Shown here piece after piece: positions 11,880-23,759 of a DNA stretch of 64,000 bases (positions are counted from its first letter, which is position 1; the number at the start of each line of letters is the position of its first letter). The DNA comes from Octopus vulgaris (Eukaryota): assembly GCA_951406725.2 (NCBI GenBank), contig OX597815.1:40052001-40116000 (forward strand), written 5' to 3'. The notes beneath the pieces are model-generated. The model saw only the letters and a program-made list of their open reading frames with translations, had not been told where the DNA came from and searched no databases. Both the position numbers and the translations under genes were made by a program.

Positions 11880-12851
11880 ACTAATAGTAAGGAAACTTTG
11901 AAAGAAAATCTGCTGTGATCTTCATAAGGTCCCTTTGCATTTTTAGGAGGATTTCTGGGAATTAATCAGGAGTAGTGGCTGAGTTTAAATTCATTTCATC
12001 AATGGCTGACATTACATCAGTTTCCTCTGTTTTTATGTAATCGATAATCATCCCTTTGTGTAGAGTTGTAGCCTCACAGAATTCGTCCGGCATATTTATT
12101 TGCAAACATCCCAACAGAGATGTGAAAACACTTTTGTATTGTACATTTAGTATTTCATTACCTTTTTGAGGTCCACAGTCAGTGACCCATTTTCTTCGAA
12201 CAGTTGCTCTACCTTATACTGTATTGCAAATCTATTGAAGGCTTTACATTTTTACAGCCCTGGCTTCTTTTTCTGTCCTCTCCTTTCCATGGGAATGTTT
12301 CAGTTCAGTTTCAATTTCAACCAGTGCTCGTGTGAGATAGGATTTTTCACCATCCTTTGATGGCTCATTTAGATGATTTGAGATACTTGATCTCCATCTC
12401 ATTAGAATTTTTCTATCTCTGGAAATTGTTTTTCTGTCCGTTTGACATTTTCTCTGGAGCAAACTTACTGCATATGTCTTGCATGATAGCTTTAAAATGT
12501 TGTAGGTTTATATCAATAACCTACGTAGAGACACTGGCAAACCATTTTATCCCCCAGAGTTTCTTTCTGAATGCTTTTCCAATTAGCTTTATGAACATTG
12601 ATGCTGGGAAGGAGTCAGGTGCTTCTAGTAGACTGCGTGTCTATAGTTTTTCTCGGATATTACATTGTTAGTTTTACCAAGTTATGTTCCGAGAAAATCC
12701 TTGATGCCACATAAACATTATGGATGAGCGCGTGTTATTTGTGAAACAGAGACTTCGCCTACTTCTGCTCGCGCGCACGCGTATGTGTGCATGTGTGTAT
12801 GTATGAGTGTGTATGTATATATATATGTGTATGTGTGTGTGTATGTGTGTG

Positions 12852-12917
<66 letters not shown>

Positions 12918-13390
12918 GTATGTATGTATGTGTGTGTGTGTTTGTGTATGTGCGTTTGCGTATAATCTATAGTGGGATAAATATGAGTATAGGTGTACAT
13001 GTATATGTGGGCGTGGGTGCGGTGGAATAGTTCTGGTTTCTGTAATTTGGCTGTGCTATGTATGGATAGGATTGATGAGCTTGTGCACAGTTTGCTGAAC
13101 CTGTGTGGCTAGTATGCTGAACTCATACACAGTTTGGCGACAGGGCTTTCGAAAACATTCATATGTGAATTAAGTTCCTCTTGCTTTTGATCTTTATATC
13201 TGTCTAAAGTTGGCTTATCTCCTTTCCACTCCAGTATATCTTCCTTTCGCTTTTGGTTCACTTTATCTCTTGACCGTTTCCATTCTTTATTTTTGAGGTG
13301 ATTCCATAAATGTTGATTGACGTGTTTTCAATCGTGTCCTGCCATTTTTGATTTTATCTTAATGAGTGACAAAAATTAACATTTTCGGGT
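11880..13390 (-). mobile_element. Decayed CR1-like LINE fragments interrupted by a TA/CA microsatellite (12780-12960)
   Basis: Minus-strand 'ILNVQYKSVFT...SAIDEMNLNSATTPD.FPEILLK' pre-RT motif near 11940-12160. Outer limits are uncertain. Confidence 0.5.
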
Positions 13391-13499
13391 GTATCTTCAG
13401 CTTTCCTGGAGAATTAACAATGTTTCCAATTAAGCTGTTATATGATGTATTTAAAGGGATATTCTTCTGAAAAGAATATAATTTTACTAATCTCTTTTA

Positions 13500-13630
13500 A
13501 TATCTTTTACATGATTTTTAAATCAAACGTGGATGTGAAATACCTCAATTTTGAAAAGGCTTTTGAAAAGCACGAGACAATATGTCACAAGCTACGAGGA
13601 ATCGGCAGAATTGGAAAACTGGGAGAATAG
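13500..13630 (+). mobile_element. CR1-like RT fragment
   Basis: 'SNVDVKYLNFEKAFEK...HKLRGIG..GKLGE', homologous to 3270-3380. Confidence 0.65.
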
Positions 13631-14559
13631 TTACTCTACTCGTTTTCGATTTTGGCCTTCCAAACATCACGTATAAATAGAATTGATTTTGTATATGTAG
13701 TAGAGATAAATTCTACATGAACCAAAGGTGCTCCGTTATATAATCAGGGGAGCAGTTTTCTCGATCGCAAATCTGTATTCGAATATACAACTGTATTACA
13801 TAATGCTGAATGTGCATACAGATGTGTGCATGTGCGCATATAATTTTGGGTGTCATAAAGAAAAGCACGAAACAGCTGTAATCATAAGGAAATAATAAAC
13901 CTGTATTCGCTTTTTACATCTGATTATGTACTCCTTGTGGAAATATTTCATAGATTTCCAGATACAAGGACATGTTAAATTACATTAGCTGCTGCGTGAA
14001 CTGATGACCGGTACTTGCTTAAACGTTTACAGGGCATTTTACTTGATTCTCCGAAACCAGTTTTCTATTTACTTTGTGTGTGTGTGTGTGTGTGTGTAAT
14101 ATGGACAGTTGAATTAGTGTCGTTTTGAGGTAGAATTTTGTTTGCGCCAAACAGGCGTCTCGATTCCCGTTGGTGGTGCTGCACCTTTTTCCTGTCATCT
14201 GTATGGTACACACATTGTATATTTTATCATATTATATATGCTCATGCACGCGTGTGAGTGTGTGTCTGTTACCGTATTTCTACATCTTTCTATCTTATGT
14301 GTATTCAAATTTTTAAGTTTCACAATCCTGGGGATGGGGAGGGGGATTATCGATAAAATATTTTTGATACAATTCAATTAACGACACGTATTCCCCCAAA
14401 ACAACTGTCATTGTTCCTCCTCTAAAGAAATCAATAAAAACATTCTGTACATAAATAACCATAATCTGATTATATAAATACGCATGTGTTAGTTGCTTCC
14501 AATTTATTTTAACAATGCCTTGAGCAATATCTTCATAATAGAGCATTATCATAATCTGC

Positions 14560-14780
14560 TCAGGGAACTAGCTGAAAAAGTTGTTAGAGCGTCGAAGAAA
14601 ATGCTTTGCAGTATTTCTTCCGTCTCTTTACGTTCTGAGTTCAAATCAGCCGTAGTTAACTTCGCCTTCCACCCCAATGGGATGGATAAAATAGAAGACC
14701 AATCAAGTTCTGGGGTCCATGATATCAACTACGCCGCCTCCCCGCAAATTGTTGGTCCTGTACCTAAATCAAACCATTAT
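14560..14780 (+). mobile_element. Diverged tRNA-derived SINE (family of 15191-15597)
   Basis: gttagagcgtcg..aaatgctt..ttacgttctgagttcaaat..ttcgcctt. Confidence 0.65.
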
Positions 14781-15190
14781 CGTGATCTACTAATTTTATA
14801 CACTGGTTTTATTCTTTGGTTAAGGAAGGAAAGGTTATTTCCTTTCATAGTTTATATTCGATTTGTAGCAATATTTGTTTCTGCGTGAGAAGCCACCTGG
14901 ACTAACAATTAGGATGCTCGGCTCGTAGCCATAAAGACGTAAGTTCAATTACATGGAGCGGCAAATGAGCTGTAATCTTCCACATAGCACTTGATTTCAC
15001 ATTGCTCCATTCTCTCAGCTCTAATGAGTACCAACAGGATGATTGTACAGCCTTCTTTCGCCTCAGGTGTCTTGTCCTGAATGCTTTTCAAAATTAAATG
15101 TGAGGGATCGAGAAGGTATTTATGTCTTCTCGCTCCCAAAAAAGTGCTCAAAATAATTAACGAAATTATAGTACATGTCACCAAGCCATA

Positions 15191-15597
15191 TATTTCTTTA
15201 TTGCCCACAAGAGGCTAAACATAGAGGGGACAAACAAGGACAGACAAAGGAATTAAGTCAATTACATCGACCCCTGTGCGAAACTGGTACTTTATTTATC
15301 GACCCCGAAAGGATGAAAGGCAAAGTCGACCTCGGCGGAATTTAAACTCAGAACGTAACGACAGACGAAATACCTGTTTCTTTACTACCCACAAGGGGCT
15401 AAACACAGAGAGGACAAACAAGGACAGACAAGTCGATTATATCGACCCTAGTGCGTAACTAGTACTTAACTTATCGACCCCAAAAGGATGAAAGGCAAAG
15501 TCGACCTCGGCGGAATTTGAACTCAGAACGTAACGGCAGACGAAATACTGCTAAGCATTTCGCCCGGCGTGCTAACGATTCTGCCAGCTCGCCGCCT
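15191..15597 (-). mobile_element. tRNA-derived SINE with tandemly duplicated 3' half and a 19-bp TSD
   Basis: Minus-strand head aaggcggcgagctggcagaatcgttagc...gagttcaaattcc. Two body+tail units. TSD tacatgtcaccaagccata at 15172-15190 and 15598-15616. Confidence 0.9.
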
Positions 15598-16455
15598 TAC
15601 ATGTCACCAAGCCATAGTGGCTTGGAAGTGACAGTTGACTGTACTAAATTGCTTCTGCATTTCTTATTATGGAGGTGATGGTGTTAATGGTGGCGATGTT
15701 GCTGGTTTAGGTGTTCAGGTGGCAAGACAGGCGCGGTGGCGGCAAGGTTGTCTTAATTCTACAAATGAAATATTGCAAAAATATAGTAATTTATAGAGGT
15801 ACTGGATTATATTTTATTTATCAAATGGAATATATACGTGCATCTGTGTGTATGTATTGTGTGTGTTTAACAAATATTGCCGAGCGTATTCCTGAAATTC
15901 TTTTTGAACTATCGTTCAATTTTTAGTCAGGTGGTGAATAAGATTTTTTTTATTGAATATGTCAACTAAACTGGCATCAGCCTTTGACGAGTGAAAGAGT
16001 AGAGAGAGCAGAGGTAACAAGCAGTGGTTCAATTGGCATTTGACAGCTTTAGAATCACAGTGATTGAGCAATGTACTTAAGTTATGGCCTCTTCCTCAAA
16101 TCAGTTCGATTATACGAATACACGAGTTGTTTTTTTCTCCTTAATCAAGGATCTTTACGCTCCATTTTGATGGAGTCCGCCAAGGTGACTCTTTTCATAT
16201 ATGCTACTTGAAGGCTAAGGCTTTGATGGACCTTCTATATCGCAATACTTTTATGAAACTGACACGGCACACACATTACATTCATACATACTGATACATA
16301 TAAACAAACGAATATACAAGCAAACATACATGCACATGTGTGCGTTATTAGCCAATGTACATTTATTGATTATATTTCTCTATATTTGTAAATTCATATG
16401 GCATGCAAAGAGTTATGTGGCATATTTAGATTATATTTGTACATGTGTACATGTA

Positions 16456-17332
16456 CAGGGTGCGGTGAATAAACTATCGTCTAAATTATGCAGAAATGAC
16501 ACTGACATCTCATTTTAACAGATATATTTACCAAAATTACAGTAAAGTATCTTGAAATACTAAAGAGTAAATTTATTCAATAAAATCGCCGTTGGCGTCA
16601 ACCACAACCTCCAGACGACTTTGGAATCTCCTGCAACTCTTCTGAGCGGTTTCCTTGTTCAAGTTAGTGAATGCTGCCATAATCCTTGCCTTCAGTTCAT
16701 CTTTAGTGTTAAAACGAGTTTTTATTTTGTTGGTTTCTCGCTCAACTGCGCCCCACACATATTAATGGAGGGGGTTGCAGTTTGGGAATCAGGTGGCCAG
16801 TTGTTAGGGGTGGTGTGGTCGCAGAAATTGTCTGACAGCCATGACTGGGTTCTCCTGCTTGTGTGACATGGTGCAGAGTCTTGCTGCCAGACATAGAGCC
16901 TTCCAGCAGCCACCCTCTTGACCCAGGGCAGCACTACCTCCTGCAGGCACTTAATGAAGGCCTCCGTGTTGAGTCTAAGGCCGTGTGGGAAAATGAATGG
17001 AGGCATAATGTCGCCATCACTAGTGATCACTCCAAACACCATGATGTTGACTGGATGTTTGATTTTTATCACTCTCAGTACATGCAATATCTTCAGACTA
17101 ACACCCAAACATTCTGAAATGTTCGTGTTGGAGCTTCCGGCGCGAATACCAAGCAGTACAGCATGTCGTTTCCAAATTTCTGGTCGAGTGAACTGCGTCA
17201 TGGACCTGTTTTTGTCACAGACGGTGCCCAAGTAACCCTACTCTACTGTGTAGTCGACAAAATAAAAAACAAGGTATGTGCATGAACGAAATTAAAAATA
17301 TAAAATATTGGCAATTTACCCATCGCACTCTG
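16456..17332 (-). mobile_element. DD37D (maT-like) internally deleted transposon, second copy
   Basis: TA|cagggtgcggtgaataaa ... tttacccatcgcactctg|TA. ORFs 16722-17231 and 16573-16758 are homologous to 1669-2274. Confidence 0.92.
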
Positions 17333-19773
17333 TACGTATAGAATATAACGAGGGAGGTTCTACGAGGTTGTTTTTCCAGTTAGAAATAGTAACCAAATAT
17401 CCTTCAAATTTCATGCTGCTATCTCAAAATCCGAAAAGATACATTGGGGCGTGTTGTCCTAGACACAAGGAGTTTAAAAATAAGATTGGATGCTGACAAC
17501 TGGAACGCCTTTAAGAATAAGTCAACTTCGTTATAGACTAAATAATATCAATATATGCATGTGTATTTGAGTGCATATGTATGTATGTATGCACCAACCA
17601 CAAATTTACTATATGTAGTAGTATAAAAAATCAAAGTGAAATTATATGGATTAAAAACACAATTAAACATGGAAAAGCTCTAGTCAGTTTTTAGGTCCTG
17701 AATCAGCGTAGTTTTGGCGCGTTTAAACTATGAAGACTTAATCCAATTGTACTATTGTAGATGCAGCAGTGTTTATACACATCGCTGGGGTAACGCGCAA
17801 TGCATAGAAAAAAACCTAAAGTATGGCAGCCAAAAACATATTAGACGAAAAATTATAGACATTTATATGTAAAACTATTCAGCAAAAATAAATTGTAATT
17901 TTTCGAGTGGACAGAGAAAGGGAACAGAAAAATAAACGCGTGAATGAAAAAAAATATAAATATGATTTTCCTCGGAACACAAGTTAAAAGGTCAGGAATC
18001 AAAGTAGATACTAACTAGAATTAAAACAAATGCCGACGGGGAAAAAGACAGATTGAAGGAAAGGCGTGATGGGATTGGTGCAGTAGCAGAGTGCAAGGAT
18101 AGAAGTAAGATTAAACAGATGACGTGAGTGAGTGGAAAAGAAAAAGTATCAGTGAAAGCTGGTAACAAAAAGGCAGAAGAAGGGAAAAGGTAACGAGGTA
18201 AATGGAAGAAAACTCATTACTTCTGTTAGAATACAAACTGAACGAGTAAACTCGGCATCGTTCTCGCTGAGAAAAAGAAAAGAACGTTTAAAGCAAGATT
18301 GGCTTGACTTCAGCAGCAGCTGTTGAGTCTAAGAAAAGAAGAAGAATTAAAAAGAAAACGTGGGAGAGGTGGGCACACGCAGAGAAATGATAAATGTTAT
18401 CTTCCAGAAAAAAATAATTGTTCGCAAAGTGAGACAATGTAAAAAAGCGGAGAACTTGTTGAGTTGCATTTTGCAGATATAAAAAAATACGTTCTTTGGA
18501 TGTGCTATAATTCAGGACAGTGGGGAGTCATTTAACGAAATATGAGAAATCCCATAGCCTTCACGCTTTAAAGGCCAACAAGGAAAGACTTTATCGATTT
18601 AAAAATTGTTCTAAAATTTACAGTATGAAAGTGTCTGGAAATCCTAGAATTCATATATTTTATCCCCCAAAACTCTGGGGAAAATGAAATAAACAATAAT
18701 GTCTAGATAAGTCGTTAGGCTTCCTGTTCAGGAGAATATGGTAAAGCCGTTTGCCATGACGTGTTCTCGAACAACACAAGAAGGATTTGTTGGGTCCACT
18801 GTTTTAATAAAACATACTAATAATATGAGACCAATTCTATTGACTATACCAGCTCCTGAGTAAAGCATGTAAAAAGACAATCAATAGGAGACACGAATAA
18901 GACGGAACTGATGGCGTTTTGTATATCTTTAGCACAAGAAACTGGTAGTAGGTGATGTGACATAGTGCAAATAAATAGATTTAATATTGTCCTTTAAATT
19001 TGGATTTATATGTGGCCATAAAGTCTCGAAAAGTACAGAAAAATTATTTGCTTTATTTTGGTTTCATGATCAAAACTCTTGTTTACAATATTCATTTACA
19101 TACAGTTTGTCATTAAGCATTATTCAATACTTTCTGCATCTTTCATGTTTTCCTTTGAATTTCATATTCGTTTATCCTTTTTATCATTAGTTGTTAAATA
19201 AAGTTTGAAAACACCGTAGGAAAATTTTTGTTATTTTGTTTTCTTTCTATTTTCGAACATTTTAATTAGAGGACGCTTGTGTTGAAAGATGTTTATTTTA
19301 TTGTCAACAGCGGTGATTGATTGAAAGTATATCATCGATAACTACAGAAACGTCTACTCTGAAAGAATTTTTTTCTAAATGTATTTAATGAATAGAGAGT
19401 AAAAGGGAAACACCAAAATCTAGCAACAGAAAATTGTGAACCGAGAAAACTAAAAATGGAACGAATTGTTTGATTGTTTTTGTTTTTCTGTTGTTTTTTT
19501 TTTTCATTTAAAATTATTTAATGTTCATATTATTGTACCCAATGACGTTTTTATTGGCGTAAAACAAACATCACAAAAACATCAAATAGAAACCATTTTA
19601 TTATAGCAAAACGTCATTATTGATGTCTGTAAAAACAAAGAGGGTGTGTCGTTTTACTAATTGCTACTATAGTTGTGTTGAATAAAATTATGTAACAAAA
19701 CAGTTTTCGACCGAACAATTCTTATTGACAATTTCATGGGGAAAGTTGGATTCGTAATGGCCGATTGGATATT

Positions 19774-20950
19774 TTCCAAATAGGAAAATATTTTTCGCAA
19801 ATGGGGGGGAAAACAATCGGTGATATTTTCTCCATTCAGTTGTTGACCAAAAAAGACAAAAAAAAATAGATCAAATCCCTTACTTGCATTGGCCAAATAG
19901 TTTCCATATCGAAAGAAGATTTATGCCGCGTTCTCCCATCGGCGCAGCATTGTATATATTTATTTTTCCTCCTCACATGCGTATCAATAGAATAAAAATA
20001 GAACAACCGGAGAAGGAATAAGTGCCGACCAACAAGAAATGAATGGTTAGATGGAAAGGAAATATCAAAGTAGGTATGATATTGAACAAGATCATGAGGA
20101 GTGGGTTGAACACTACTCCAGGTGGTTTACTATGTTTCTATGTTGAATAAGTATTTCTTCGTGGTTTCAGCTAACTTATCTGAGGGGAATGAGTAGTTGA
20201 ATTAACGATGAAATTTACTTGCTACAATGTTCTGTCATAGAAGAAATAAACATCTGCTTAGCTTCAGGGAGACCTGAACTGAATATTGATGAATGGCTTT
20301 TGGAAAAATATTAATATTTAGATGAATTCAGTTGTTGAGTTCGAATACTTCTCTCACACAAGAAAAATACGAAGAAGACAAAATGAAAACTTTTTTATAG
20401 AAAGCGATCATAGAGATGATAGACCTGATGAGAATAGCAGAATAGTGATACAAAATTTACAACAGTGCTACAATTACAGCGAAATACTATCTTTGGTGTA
20501 GCAGAACAATGGTGTTAAACATGATAGTGATGATATAATATATTACTTCCCTCTGTAGTAGTACGATTAATGTATACTCAATAACAGTGATACATGTATA
20601 ATAGTGTAATGCATGACAAGTCAACAAGGTAATCTCTTCATGATTATTTAAAGACATTAAATAATGTAGTCCTACGTACACTATCCTTGAAAATGGTGAG
20701 ATGACCACGGCAGGAAACACTTTTGATCATATGATTGCTGAACCATGACTGAAATGAGGATTATAAACAAGAGTAACGTTGCCATATTTTCAGAAATGTC
20801 AACCTATTTGCCCATCCGCCAGTTCCAAAAAGGAAAATATTTTTCGCAAATAGGGGGGAAACAATCGGTGATATTTTCTCCATTCAGTTGTTGGCCAAAA
20901 AAGACAAAGAAAATTAGATCAAATCCCTTACTTGCATTGGCCAAATAGTT
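19774..20950 (+). repeat. ~129-bp near-identical direct repeat (19774-19902 and 20823-20950)
   Basis: ttccaaa.aggaaaatatttttcgcaaat...cttgcattggccaaatagtt occurs twice, ~1049 bp apart. Confidence 0.9.
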
Positions 20951-21169
20951 AAGAATCATTCTACCTAAGAGAATCACTTCGAAGAATCACAACTGTATAG
21001 TTTGATATCAAAGAGAGCTTTCTAACAGTTGTACAAAGTCTCAGTTTGGAGATAGATATTATCGATTAAATTGACCCTGGTACCTTATATTATCGATTCC
21101 AAAAGAGCAGAAAGAACATTTCGGCTCGGTGAGATTTGAACTCGGGACATAAAGAGATGTGAGTAGTTT

Positions 21170-22064
21170 ACAAACACTTTTTGTTCTGCAGTAGAAAGGC
21201 GCAATACCAGACATAATATCTCCAAAGCATTACTCCTTTTATACAATGCACCAAGCCAATCAGTGAACTTAATTGAGCTTTCTGGTAATGTGACTGTAAA
21301 TTATACCCCAAGAATACAACCTTTTTACTCCAGACAATGGACAAGGGTGTGATAGCAAACTTCAAGGTTATCTAAGAACTTTCAAACAACTTATTAAAGC
21401 AACTTGTGAGGATAAGCCTACAGTTAGAGACTTCTGGAAAAATTCGATATTATTGATGTGATGGATAACTGAGTCATGGGAAGAAGTGAAACCTTCAAGT
21501 TTGAATGGTGCTTGGAAAAATATATGACAATATTATGTCTGTTACTTTGTAAGTTTGCCACAATTAGAAAGTCTACATCAAATTCAGAAAAATATTGACA
21601 TTTGCAAATCATGTAAAGTTTGTAAAAGCCATAGAAGATGATGTAGTTGAATTGCTAATGTCTCATACAGAAAGTTTTTTTAAGAAGAATCTCGATTTAT
21701 TAGAACAAGACTAAGCTGAGAAAACAGATGAGTATGCAGATAGTCCGCCAATTCCACTGAAATTGATTTAGAGAATATTACTAAAAGGTTGGTACTTATA
21801 GTTGACTCTTATAAGGGAAGGTCTGCAAATTTTTCAAATCCACCATCTTGCAAATATTTTATGTATACATATTGCACTGTATATTATTAGATGTTGGTTT
21901 TTTTCATGTATTAAAATGGCCGCGTTGCTTACTTTTGTTGTTTTTATCGAAGCATTATCACTATATAATATTAAAATCAATGGGAAAATTAACTTCGCTT
22001 TACGGCCTTCTCGTTACAGCGAGTTTTCCAATACTCGTTACACCTGTATCGCGAGGGATTCCTG
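21170..22064 (+). mobile_element. Tigger/pogo transposon 3' fragment
   Basis: 'NTTFLLQTMDKGVIANFK' resembles the pogo DDE motif QPMDQGVI. Tigger-like end ...gcgagggattcctg|TA. Confidence 0.75.
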
Positions 22065-23759
22065 TACTTTATATATAATGTAGTATGTACTGTTCTGTTT
22101 TTAATCATTTAAAGTCTCCCAGTAAGAAAGGAATTGATTTCTAACAAAGCTACAAAGTTCTGTCGGAATATTTAGAATAAAAACAATGTTAGATTTTGAA
22201 CATGAGAAATATCTTGCATATTTTTACTGTTCCGTTTACAGATTGTACATGTAATGTGCGGGTTAGCTGTTTGATTTCTTTCTCTGAAAACCCTAGCTTT
22301 CCCAGATTTTCGCTCAGGCGTTTATTAACAAAACCAAGGGCACTAATTATTATTGGTTTAAATGTGAAATTATAATCTGGGCAGAAAAGCTAAAGGTTTC
22401 AAAACAGTTGGTCGCAGTTATCCTCGCTCTCTTTGATTTTCACATCAGCAAGGCAACTGACTTCTATCACGGTACATACTTTTTGTGTCGGTCCCAAACA
22501 ACAATATCCGTCCTGTTATGTTTACACTCGACAATATTCTTTGTGTTTATATTTGGTGTTTTCTATATTTATCCCAGGGCAGCCTTTTTTTTCCAATATC
22601 ATTGTATATTGTTTTCTCGACAGCATCATTGGGAGGTAGTACTTTGATGTTTTTGGGGGGCAGCTACTGATCACATATGTGATATTTTACAGAAATGCGA
22701 CATAATGGACATTTTCGATTGCATCTTAGGACTTCAATGGTTTCACTGCCTTTTTTTTGTTGAGGTATTTTGTAGCAATACCTCATAACAAAAAGAGGGT
22801 TGCAAATACATAGCCTTCAAAATGTTATGTGATGTAGTGGTCACGAGTCCAAGAGAAGCTGCACTTCGTGTCTTGGGGAAACATACCACGCATAGTTTTT
22901 TGGGTTTTTTTTTATTTGCTGAACATTTCATATTAGATTTTCCGTGAAATATATTAGTGCCACTGTTTTAGGTGGTCTGGGAAGTCACGGGAAGAAAATA
23001 CTTCTTAAGTTGTTCACTGCCAATATATAAGATGTTGTTCGCTTAGTTTTCAAGTCTCGTAGGTTTATGTATTCAACTTTGCTGCTATTGTGTAGCAGGT
23101 GTTGTCTGAGAGATATTGTACAACTTCCAGACCGCTGAATGATACATGGCTTCTCTGTGGAAAGCAAATATTAGCAAAGATGATGACAAATATCCTCGTC
23201 GTCGTCGTCGGCGTCGTCGTCATCACCACCACCACCACCAACATTATCATCATTATATTTTTGTTTTAGTAGCAATACAAATACAAAACATTTAAATAGA
23301 CTGGCGATGACAAAACATTAAAGTACGTGAGAAAATTATCAATGTGTGGACGAAATGCTGACGCCAAATCAATGACGATATAAACATATGCATGTAAAAA
23401 AATGAAACTGAAAAATTTAATTGATCTTCTCGAACTAACAAAAACCTCATCAGCTATAGATTGCTACAACTATGAATTTAATCTCTTTTCATTATAGTTA
23501 ATGAAGCTAGACTAATAAAGAAAGATTACGTTTCTTTATATGCGATTCATAGCAATTCCACTAAGGATATTTTCGTCTAACAGTCTCCATTGCGAACATT
23601 TCGTCCAGTAGTCTGACATCTGAATAAATTTAGTCAGATTTGGCTATTGATATTGATATGTGCAGTTTTGTGTGGTTTGTGTGTTTGTGTGTGTGTGCAC
23701 GCGCGCGCGAATGTATGAATGTATGTGTGAGTGTGCGTGTGTGTGTACTTGTACATATA

